64,000 bases of DNA from Marsupella aquatica. Its lineage: Eukaryota > Plantae > Marchantiophyta. How positions within the stretch are numbered: the stretch's first letter is position 1; every line of letters begins with the position of its first letter. Under the pieces are notes generated by a model. That model did no database searches and was not told the origin of the DNA. It saw only the letters and a list, made by a program, of their open reading frames with translations. Shown in pieces: positions 53,801-64,000 of this stretch. A program made the position numbers and the translations under genes. The DNA lies in contig OZ316894.1 in assembly GCA_973895155.1 (NCBI GenBank), positions 13,697,580 through 13,761,579 on the forward strand, read 5' to 3'.

Positions 53801-55599
53801 ACTTGAACGCAACGAAATTCTTATACGATTAGACTCATACCGTCAATTTCAATGCCAGGGGGCACAAATGGAACCGAACCAGTAGCAATAATGATATTCT
53901 TCGCAGTCGCGGTTTTGTCTGGATAGCCAATCCTTCCATATTTAACCTTGTGAGGAGCCTGCAGGTGACGAACGGAAAGTGGAATCATTTTCCTTGATGG
54001 GTGCGGTGGTAGGTAGTTACTTGGAAAGAAGAGCTTCAGGCTACAGTGTCCAGTGTAACCAAGGATACAAGCATAGTAAGACGGAAAGAGGTCACCTGAG
54101 GGAAGGCTTTACCACAAGAGTGCCAACACCATTCAAAATGTCCACACCAATTCCTTTCATTGAGTTCGTCAAATTTCCCCGAATTTTCGTAGCCAAATTA
54201 TTAGCGTGGTCTGCAACATCTTGTCTGTTGTATGTAGCTGCGTCGACCTGCATGGACAGGCAATCACATCAGCCTTGTACATTTGAAGCATACCTAACAT
54301 GCGTCTAGATCTTTATAAAGGACGATAACTAAATGGCAGAAACTTGCGAAGGTGCACCTGAATGCCCAAGGCCTTAAGATGATGGGCATCTTGCAGTTCG
54401 CGCATCCGACCACTGACGGCCAACAAAGCTTTGGAGGGCACACACCCTCGGTTCACACAAGTCCCTCCAATAACATCTCCTTCGATGATGGCGGTTTTCA
54501 GACCCTGAAGCAACAGAATATCAGATCAGCCACAGCAGTTTGAGATAACTTCAAGGGCGTAGGCACAAGAACGCCATTAGGACACCTGGGCGCAATCTGG
54601 TGTGGAGAACGGAGGAATCTGTGATACAAGTTAAACGACCGATGGAGGCTCACCATAGTAAGCTCGGCTAGATGGTCGGGTTAGAATATCCAATATTGCT
54701 GAGAGATCCATAAATACCGGTAAGGCGGAGAAACAGAATGGCTTAAAATTCTAGATTGTCGAGAAAACGTTTCCTTTCGAAGGAAAGAAGGAAAATACAC
54801 CACACCAAGGATCAGGCAAAACACAAATATGATGTCCTGGACCTATTTATTACGCAATCTTCCATGAAAAGGAACAGTGGAAACTTCGAGATTTTTTACT
54901 TCAATGTGCCAATGTGTGCACAAAGAATGCTCACCTCGGAACTTCCTTTGAACAGCGGTCACGCAGCACTAGAGGTGTTTCAGTTGGTTCCTCAAAGCTT
55001 TGACTCAGATTTCCAATTCGAGCAACGAGAGAACTACCATTTGGGGATCCGACAACCTGGAATGTGAAGACCTTGAAAGGGTTACCGCAGAGACTGCTAG
55101 AAGTGAAAGTGGGTGCATGAGCATTAAAGATTTCTACCCACTTCCATCAACATAGCATTTCGATCTGCTGGATTAATGGAATTGTTCTTTGCCTACAGGA
55201 AATTCTGTTGTTCGCGTTCATAAATCCCTTTCTAGAAAACTGAGCTAGAAGGTAGAGCGATAAAAGGTTTGATATTGTAACCTTTTCCACTGCATGCAGT
55301 GCAGCTCCATGTCCTCCTACACCAGCGCCGATAATAATCATATCATAGTCGTAAGCCTGAGGTCCACCGTTTGTGGAAGCTTCCACCCTGAAATGTCGCG
55401 AGCCTCCGCGGCATCTCAGCTTGCTCTTGTCTACAATGACACCACAGGAGTTAATGATCCCGTTGGACACCATAGATGCGAGCTGCTCTTTCTTCAAGCC
55501 CAGCCTTGACACCAGCGAAGACGGTGTCGTGCTCCGAACCACAGGACATGACAGTGCTAGTGTCGGCCTAGGCGAGACCATTGCTACTGCCCCCGCCAT
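50802..55599 (-). CDS. LPD: Plastidial dihydrolipoamide dehydrogenase (E3 of plastid PDH), multi-exon
   Basis: Transit peptide followed by [67 protein letters not shown] and HAHPTLSE. First exon 55599-55282; last exons 51163-51092 and 50852-50802 (TAA). Confidence 0.96.
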
Positions 55600-55930
55600 T
55601 CCTTCCCCCTGCTGCTCCTTCGCACCAGCTCCTGACCAAATCTGTTTCTACGAAGTTGCGATTGTGGCCTCCCGAAACTCGAGTTCCCAACAGAATTTGC
55701 TGCCTACAACAAGCTCGGTCAGGTCGGCAATTCTACGACTGGCGGGATGTCGAGAGGACATACATAGCAAGCAAAGAGTTATCCCCTGCTGGACATACGA
55801 GTAAGAAAGTCGTTACAGCAGCTCTTACTATGAAAGAAAGACAATTCTGAAGTTGCAATGCTGGCCAGTCCTGCGCGAGGCGATTGCTACTAATCTGGAG
55901 CCTTAATTGCTTCCTCTAGGAGCCTTGACT

Positions 55931-56068
55931 CCCGAGCGAAGTGGAGACAACAAGGTGAATGCCCCAATGTTTTCCCCGAGACGGAGACAGCGAGGTCGAT
56001 GCCCCACCAATGTTTTTACCGAGACGGAGCCAATTCCTCGAGACGGAGACAACGAGGTGGATACCCAA
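55931..56068. repeat. Three to four degenerate copies of CCGAGACGGAGACAACGAGGTGGATRCCC upstream of LPD
   Basis: Copies at about 55931, 55976, 56019 (partial) and 56039; they resemble DNA-transposon subterminal repeats. Confidence 0.6.
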
Positions 56069-58504
56069 CGTATTTCTTCCCAAGATTTCCTTTCGTTTTC
56101 CTTTCCTTGGGCAAAGATAGAGCACACTCCTGCCAAAAAACAAAACCAGGACACCCATTATAAAGAGGAGAAAACAAGGAAAAACATAGTAAGACCAAAT
56201 GTGCAAGGAGGTGGTTAATGCCCCCTTCCCGTTTTTTTCTTTCCAGTCGCAAAAAGCTGGGTATCCAAGATGCAATTGCATTGTAAACATCAAAGTTCAT
56301 AGCACATATGATGAGTATTTTCATTTTTTCATCAAAAGATACTTTATTTGAGCAATTAAAACTCAGACGTGAAGTGGCAAAGATGAATTTTATCCTCTCT
56401 TTACTTATGTCCAGTTGTAGTAAGGAGTCTCATCTCAGAAACCTTGATACTATCTTATATAAAATCTAAAACAATACTAACATAACTTTCTTTGCAATCA
56501 TTTTCTAGTATCTTGAAAATAAAAATAAAAATAATGGTTTTAAATATGAAATCCATAACAACAATATTTGTTGTGAGATGGAAAAGTAGACAAGACCTTA
56601 GCATTTTAACCATTAATACTAGATGGTGTAGTTCTTCAAGAAGGTAATGGATCCATCTTAACAGAAAAGGGTCCTCCAAGTCATCAAGTGCTTTTCAAAC
56701 TACACATTGTGTACCATAACTCATATATGTAGCACTTGATGTGCATATTATCTCAATTGACAATGCTTATGACTTTCTGAAAGAATGTAGCATTGCTCAT
56801 AGTTCCAAATGGCATGGTCAGCAATTCCTAGAGTTTATCACTACCATGAATTAATCCGTGTACCCCTTGTTTCTTTGCATAACTAAGGTGTTCTAATTCA
56901 TGAGCTTAGTTTGAGTGTTTGATTGCATTCAATAAATGTGTTTCTCATGACTTGAAATTGGTTTTTTGGAGTCAATAGTTTTGGTTTAGGCACACAAGAT
57001 ATCTATGAGGGAATATTTTATTTTTTATTTACGGAAAAAATGTTATGATTTAATATATTTTTCTAGAATCCTGATCTATCAAGCTATGCCTACGACGCCG
57101 CTCAGATGACCTAGAACTTGTTCTTCGACGAAGCACCCACTGTTGTGCTCTCGTCATTGCTCGGAGCCGGAATGCTGTTGATTAGCCCTTGTTCGCTGCT
57201 TTTCCTCAGTCGACGCTTGATCAGCGTCTGTGCGTGCACTTTATTCAAGTTGACCAACATGTCAACCTACATCTCCCTTTTTCATTTGACTTCAGGCATA
57301 TGTACCCTGATTTATGAGAAATACGATTCGATTCCAATATACCATATGGTGTTTACCTGGCTGGCAGTCGTCTATTAACAAATACTACCAACTGTCAAGC
57401 TTTTGGCTAGGAACCCCAGTTCTCGTTGTTGTCTGACAAATCTCGAGCCTTGTCTTTCACATATACAGTTTAGCTGGGAAAACATAAGTCTACGAGTCAA
57501 GCTCTGATCAAGAAGCTCCCACATTAGTGCAATTCCGGTGTCACAGCGCTAGCCAGGTCTATGCCACCACAGTTTCAAAATTCTACGTGAAGAGTGTCCT
57601 AAAAGGTGCCAAAGCCATTATCAGCAGGACGCAGATGTTGGCGTCATCAAATTGGTGTTCACAGACGTACTTATGAAACACATGGCATGAAAATGATAAT
57701 CTCTATCAAATTGCAATGGACTTACAGAAACTGCTTTTAATTGAATAACAAAGCTTATGCAAGAATAAGTCCATGTCTTTACACATCACATGACTGGCAG
57801 ATTGTCATGAGATCAAATCACGAAGTCCTTAACCAAAGGAATCAGGACAGACCCATATCTCAAAGACAAATAGTCGAGAGGACAGCATTGAGTCAAAGCT
57901 CCAGGAAGTTGAAAAAGTAATTTTCATAAACAGACAAATGGACCTTACAAAGGTCGTCAAGTCACAAGAGAAAGGGTCGATGCTGACCCTACAGAGTTTA
58001 GTGTAAACAGAGATACTACCGATACATATCCGAGAAAGGTCTAAGAGAACTGAAGATCAAACCGATGGGAAATCATTCAGCTAACATGGAAGATCTTTGA
58101 AATACCAGGCCCGGTTCTCGCAGTTAAGAGGTTCTAGACAAAGACCTTCGTACCTTTCCGTCACGTCATAAGATAGAATTACTATTTCATGAGGCACATA
58201 GATACTGGTACATGTATAAGTGGGACCAAGAGCCCAGGCACACAGTGCTCGAGTAAAGCTTGCTTAAGGAACGCATGCCAGGAAGTTCTCGAGTTAGACA
58301 GATGTCTCTTACATCAATTTCTACATCGGGGATTGGAAGACAGTTTGAATCTTATGGAATACTTGCATCAAGTATTTCTGCGATCGGGGCTCGGGTTGGG
58401 GCTAAATCAGGTGGAAGTAAGCTGGGCATTATCGTGGGAATCTCGGTGGGTATCCTTATTTTTTTCTAACTGCCATTCTTGTAGTTGTCTACGTGTGGAA
58501 GAGG

Positions 58505-58645
58505 TCTGCCGGTCAAAACAGTTTAGACAATGTCTGAAAATATTTCCAAGAGGGACAATTGTTTCTTCAATAGATTTCTCCAAAAATTACACTTTTTTGC
58601 CTCAGAATGAGATTCAAAGTCAACATTGGGACAACAAGCAAACGG
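58505..58645 (+). pseudogene. DDE transposase fragment, probably Sola-type
   Basis: QFRQCLKIFPRGTIVSSIDFSKNYTFLPQNEIQSQHWDNKQ matches the DF(A/S)ENY...Q.EIQS.HW...Q motif around the first catalytic Asp. The superfamily label is from recall. Confidence 0.6.
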
Positions 58646-59594
58646 CATCGATCGAACCGAAGGGCAAATGCCGAAGCAGTTCACCTACAAGCAATTGACC
58701 GTGGTGCAAGCTTGCAAAATTGCGGGGATTGACATTTTCAAGTTTTGCTATCATCTGCGTGTCGATTGCAGGTAGAAACAATGACGCGTCTGTTGCATTA
58801 TCTGTGTTGACATGATGTGTACGCAAGGTAATTAAACTTGTTACAGCTTCTCCATGCATAGTGACTTGGTTTTGATCACATAAGGTATTCCTGAGTGTAC
58901 TCTAGTGCGAGTCACTGAGTGTGCAGAGAGAAATGATCCATCTTTGTTTCAAAGAGTGGTAACAAAGAGTGGTAAAATCAATAACAGCAGAGAATTTTTT
59001 TCCCCAACAGATGCACGCTGATTTCCCGAGCTTCAGACAACAATGAACGTAAGCGATGAAACTAGTTTTCTAGAGAAACGTAGGGCAGGCTGTCCCGCCC
59101 CTAGCCAGGTCAGGTAAGTTCCACAAATCCATTGACAAGAATTTGTCTATTTGCGAGGCCGGTTCGAGCAAGGTCATTGACGCAACCATATTTAATCAAA
59201 GACAATCTCTTCTCTCAAGTAATGTAAGCAAGAGATAGGTCCATTTTCTTGGGCTGGCGATGAAATTACTGCTTTCAATTCAAAAAAAATAACAATAGAG
59301 ATGGATTTTCTAGAAAGTTTGATTGATAGTGATACTGGCCTTTTACTCACCTGCGACCTGGCCTGCTACTACCAAACAATGAAATTGTTGCCACGCCCTC
59401 TCTTGCCAAAAATTGTGAACCTCTTCCAATGTCTATATTGCACATTAATTCTCTGTTGTTCTGTGTTGGAATCTCATACCCTCATGCACTCTCTTTTTCT
59501 CTCTTTCCCTGTTCCCTGTTGCTATCTCTGTCTCGTCTACTGTCTTTATTCTCTCCAGAACGAGAGCAAATCCAACCTTAGCAAAGCAAAGTTC

Positions 59595-59862
59595 TCTCCT
59601 TCGCTGGTACTTTCAAGAGTTGTTCTCTGGAGTATTTGTTACTTTGTTTGCCCCGCACACACAGCAGAAAGCAGGAGCTCAAGGGACAACCCACATTGAG
59701 TACGATTGACAATTTGCTAGTAATAGTTTGAATCTCCTTTGCTGGTACTTTCAAGAGTAGTTCTCTTGAGTATTTGTTCCTTTGTTTGCCCCACATACAC
59801 AGTAGAAAGCAAGAGCTCAAGGGACAACCCACACCAAGTAGAATTGACAAGTTGCTAGGAAT
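59595..59862. repeat. Tandem duplication, about 138-bp unit x2
   Basis: tctcctt.gctggtactttcaagagt...ggacaacccaca...ttgacaa.ttgctag at about 59595 and 59733. Confidence 0.85.
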
Positions 59863-59885
59863 CTCTTCATCAACAGCTCTCCAAG

Positions 59886-60125
59886 AGAATACAACATTGT
59901 TAATTAAGGTGACACGGATAAGGATAGTTACTTAACTACCCATTTTCTTAAACACTAACATATAAGTTTATTGAAATTTAATGTGAAAAACACAATATTA
60001 TACTAATTTATTGAATTTATTAAAAAATCTAAAAGTAAATAAAATGGTTATTATACAAAGTTATCGGTAACCGCCTAAAAATAACCCTCCCATTTTGCTC
60101 ACCTTAATTAACAATGTTGTATTCT
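59886..60125. mobile_element. MITE-like element / 27-bp perfect inverted repeat around an AT-rich spacer
   Basis: AGAATACAACATTGTTAATTAAGGTGA at 59886-59912 and its exact reverse complement at 60099-60125; no clear TSD. Confidence 0.6.
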
Positions 60126-60489
60126 TCTGTATTTGGTTTTTTTAATTTATTTTACTTTAGAACTTACGGCATGGTGACCTAAGTTATTACACAACATTCG
60201 CCACAAACAGGATTTGGCAATTTTTTTCCCATAAAATAATTGTGTCTTGTTTGTTGTCGTTTATGTTGATGTGGTATGTCCTCGTGCCAAGAATTTTGCA
60301 AGAAACCCCTAATGGGGGTTCATAAATATAGTTTATCTTCTATCCTTCTTTTATACCACAATGATTACAGACCCCATTAGGAATTTGTTCCAAAAATCCT
60401 GGAACCAAAGCGTGTCACATCAACAACAACTGCAACAAACAAGACTCATCAATTTTGTGAATCAAACTAACCATTTTCATTTGTGTTTG

Positions 60490-62988
60490 TGTCAATTTGG
60501 GTTGTCGTGCGCATACACATCTCTACGCAACATATATCGCATGTCACACAAATACAAACATAAGGGAATGGGCTGCAAGTGGAACTCATATCCACACATG
60601 TCCGAAACCACAATAATCTCAACACAACCAAACCACGATCGACGCCAATCAAACGTCTGATCCCATCTGGAACGATCACATACAGATATCGAGCTAAACT
60701 TACCTCACACTCTGAGGAATCCACCTTACATACACACAAAACTGGCTAGCTACACCATAGCCTCCAGAGCTCATGCTCAAAGGCTCTACATTGAAGAAGT
60801 GAGGCCCTTGAGTCACAACAAAGGGATACTATCCCTCACAAACGTGAACTGAACCCTATCGGCTCATATAACACACATACAAAATATATAAATCTAGACA
60901 ACACGATATACTCTAATGCTACCTAGAATGCTGTGATAGTTGTCGTGCGCACACACATCGCTACACAACATACATCGCATATCACACATATACAAACATG
61001 AGTACAGACAAACATAAGGGAATAGGTTGCAAGTGGAACTCATGTCCACACATATCCAAAACCCACAATCGCCCACCTAGTTGGGAGTAAGGTCCCCTAA
61101 CTCAGAGCTAGGCATGAGTTCTACAAGGTGGATATACACCTTTTTAGGTGTGAAGATCAGGAGGCCTGGTGCAAGTGAGCCCAATCGATCACCTATCTGC
61201 AATCCATATCTTCCAAGAGAACACAAATGATAACTAGGCGGCTTTATCGACATTGAGGACACAACCATGATCCACTAGGAATCACTTGCAATGGTGGTGT
61301 CAACATGACATGTGTCATCCTCTAAAACACTTATCACAAATCAACATAGTAGCTGCTCCACACAACATACACTTCAAGCCAGCAAGAACATGTGCCAAGC
61401 TTGGATCTACTATACCATCAATGTTTGGAAGATGACATGGTGCACAATTGCGCACATGATCCTTCCAAACCATACCATCATTCCCTCCAACGTTAGGACA
61501 CCAGAAGGCAGCTTCACGCACACGTAAAATGGTCCAACCTACGGTCATATCAAGTGTAGTTGGTGCTATCAGCTACAAATAAACGTAATCACCATGATGA
61601 AATCGTCAAATCCTGGCACGATAACCTCCTCCACAAATAGTGGCATACGGTCCAAAATGACTGAGTACACGATCCAAATGACTGAGTACACGATCCAAAA
61701 GTGTGGCAACAACTCCTCCACTAGCTTTATCTAGCAACGCCACTAGCTCAATCCACTTGGAGAAGTGCTCCACCATGACCAAAACATACCTATTATGTCG
61801 TTGGGTAAGAGATAATGGACCAGCAAAGTCCAAACTCCATCTATACCCCAAACCCATGATCGGCAATGGATGCAATTGGGGAGTGGGAGCATTGAAGGAT
61901 GCTCTCACTCGATCACATACCACACACTTAGCTATCAATTACTAGACATGCGTGTGCATACCACGCCACCAATATTGTGTTTGTAGCAAGCTATAAGTGC
62001 GCTTCACACCAAAGTGACCCAACTTCTTGTGCGCATGTTGCACCAAATGTATTCATGAATTGTGATGGTTTTGGTACCACCAATACCTTATCATCACACA
62101 CTACCCTCAAAAGATGGTTTCCTTCCCATCAAAACCTCTTGGCTCTTTGCAAAACCCTGTCACGCTCCTTGGCATCAAGACTGCCATCGATAGAACCACT
62201 GCAAAAGGTATTCCAAGACTCTCTCATCGTTGTGAATATCTTGCTGTCCAACAACAATCTCACCAACATCCATATTTGCAAACTCATCATGTACTCCATC
62301 CAATGAGGTAGCGTCCACAGATTCACTACTGGCACCCAACAAAGGAAGGCGGATGCATGTCATCCTGGCACCATCTCCTTATCTGACTCATCATGCCATT
62401 TGGCTCCATTCTCATCCTCTTGACTGGTACATGGATTGCGGCTCAATCCATCTGCACCCAAGTTTACCTTTCCAGGCCTATGCACAACCTGGAAATCATA
62501 CTCTTGTAACAACAATGTCCATCGCGCAAGCTTCCCTATAAGTTTGTCAAACTTCATTAACCACTTGAGAGGTTGATGATCAGTGATCAAGGTGAAGGGA
62601 TTACCAAACAAGTAGCAGCGAAAGTATGCCATAGCCCACACTGCTGCCAAACACTCTCCCTCATAAGAGCTATACTTAGCCTCGGCTAAATTGTTTGATC
62701 TATTGGCATAAGACACAACAAACTCATTCCCCTCATCATCCTTCTGAGTCAACACTACTCCAAGTCCTACTCCATCAATTGCTATCAGTGTGTAGCTAAA
62801 ATGGTCTCATTGAAATGGGTCTTCTCAAAATAGGGGATGATGCCAATCTTTCTTTCAACTCTTGAAAGTCATGCTCCTGGTCATCACCCCAAATCCACTC
62901 ATGATCCAACTTAGTGAGTATGGTTAAAGGTTTAGCAAGTTGGCTAAATCCTTTAACGTACCTCCTGTAGTAGCTTGCCAATCCGAGG
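60490..62988 (-). mobile_element. Second degenerate PHD-finger Ty3/gypsy copy (RT end, RNase H, partial integrase, PHD, 3' LTR pieces)
   Basis: GLASYYRRYVKGFSQLAKPL, YSSYEGECLAAVWA, LITDHQPLKWL, CVVCDR..WSLDFAGPL...VEHFSKW and KCMLCGAATMLICDKC...WLCPQC. The LTR start TGTGGG at 61067 is homologous to 41841, with a second LTR start at about 60612. Confidence 0.9.
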
Positions 62989-63759
62989 TTTTTTGCCGTG
63001 ACAGGAAACAAGAAACAGTAACAGGAAACAGGAAATGGTAACAGTAAAATAAGTGAGGAAATTTACACAATATTTGTGACATCCATCAATAAAAATCCTG
63101 TATAAAAATGCTGAGTATGTTAGTAGCGCCTAGCGCTACTTTAAAATGTGTGTCACAGAATGTGTGTTACATGGTAGAAAAAACACAAAGCCGGACAACG
63201 ATACCTATTCTGCCTTCAAGCTCTAAAATCTTAAGAGATACCGCGAGCAGAAAAACGGCTAAAGAACTGGGATGTAGTAAGCTCGCAAGAAAACATGGAG
63301 AACTGACACTACAACCTAACACCTTCAATCTCCGATGGCGGTAGCATCGGGCACTACTATTGCAAAAGTTTTTAAGAAGACTCCATCTTTCCAACAATCT
63401 CAGGATGTTGTCCGAGTGACCGGTATATTATTGGCTCATTAGAAACCATAACAGCAGTTGCAAACTGAGCTCCAAAATGATAGGTTAGATGTTGCCTCAT
63501 AGATGGTTTGTCTAAAAGATGGACTCTAATCAAAAATGGATTACGAAGGGGAAGATCAGGGATAACTCTCTCTCCTGGATTCATGATGGCTCTCCTATTC
63601 CTTTGCTATCCGGGCCAAAGGACACTCCACCCCTATATTCCCAAAGAAACCTTATTCCCTAAGGTCCCATCTATAAGTCTACCACTCATTCCTTTGCTAT
63701 CCGGGCCAAAAGACGCCCCACTACTATGTTCAAGGCACAAAAGAGCTTCACAACCTTGA

Positions 63760-64000
63760 ATGATAAACACTGCAGAATGAGGGGAGAGTGCCCCTCACCA
63801 CTTTATTTATAGTGCACACCAAGAGGGCATGGATCAAGCCCAAGCACTTGGATGAAGGCCAAGTGGCAAGCATCAAATACCTAAGAGTGTGCTATACTAT
63901 TCATAGTTGGTGAAACTACTTTTAGTAGGTGGAACTACCATGCATTGGTGGAACTACTGTGCGTTGGTGGACCTACTGTGCGTTGGTGGTCCTACTATGC
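63760..64000. repeat. LTR-like sequence with a 19-bp tandem repeat (GGTGGAACTACTGTGCGTT x4), running off the window
   Basis: Tandem units from 63928 to the window end; CTATAAATA on the minus strand at about 63804-63812. Confidence 0.5.

Noticed and set aside
43760-55599. Functional cluster of chloroplast redox genes (TROL, ndhH fragment, LPD)
   Set aside because: The genes are convergent and unrelated in pathway, and the ndhH piece is non-functional; adjacency is most simply chance.
62990-63600. Possible hAT transposon end and transposase remnant
   Set aside because: Short ACAGGAA repeats and a weak RLLERW motif only; no TIR/TSD or catalytic motif identified.

Overview
Eukaryotic nuclear DNA from a land plant, probably bryophyte-grade (spliceosomal GT-AG introns, plastid-targeted genes, a bryophyte-like plastid ndhH insert). 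Four intact intron-containing host genes are present: a type I protein arginine methyltransferase (PRMT1/PRMT11-like, +), a HEL2/ZNF598-like RING E3 ligase (-), the thylakoid rhodanese-like FNR anchor TROL/STR4 (+) and plastid dihydrolipoamide dehydrogenase (-). They are separated by transposon debris. The most unusual part is 1-13.2 kb. A decayed Mutator-like (DDE+SWIM) transposase gene lies head-to-head with a spliced, now pseudogenised gene of about 1085 aa. That gene joins a ParB/Srx-like DGNHR domain to a bacterial-type beta-class amino (N4C/N6A) DNA methyltransferase-like domain. A 16-18 bp palindrome (CTAGCGA-NN-TCGCTAG) recurs around both genes and inside their introns. The second gene is split by a 4001-bp TG...CA insertion with a 5-bp target-site duplication, which looks like a giant solo LTR carrying two protein ORFs; diverged homologues of both ORFs occur at 35-39.6 kb. 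Other debris includes two PHD-finger Ty3/gypsy remnants, a second MULE relic, a Sola-like fragment, a MITE-like inverted repeat and small tandem repeats. All family assignments come from motif recognition by eye, not database searches.
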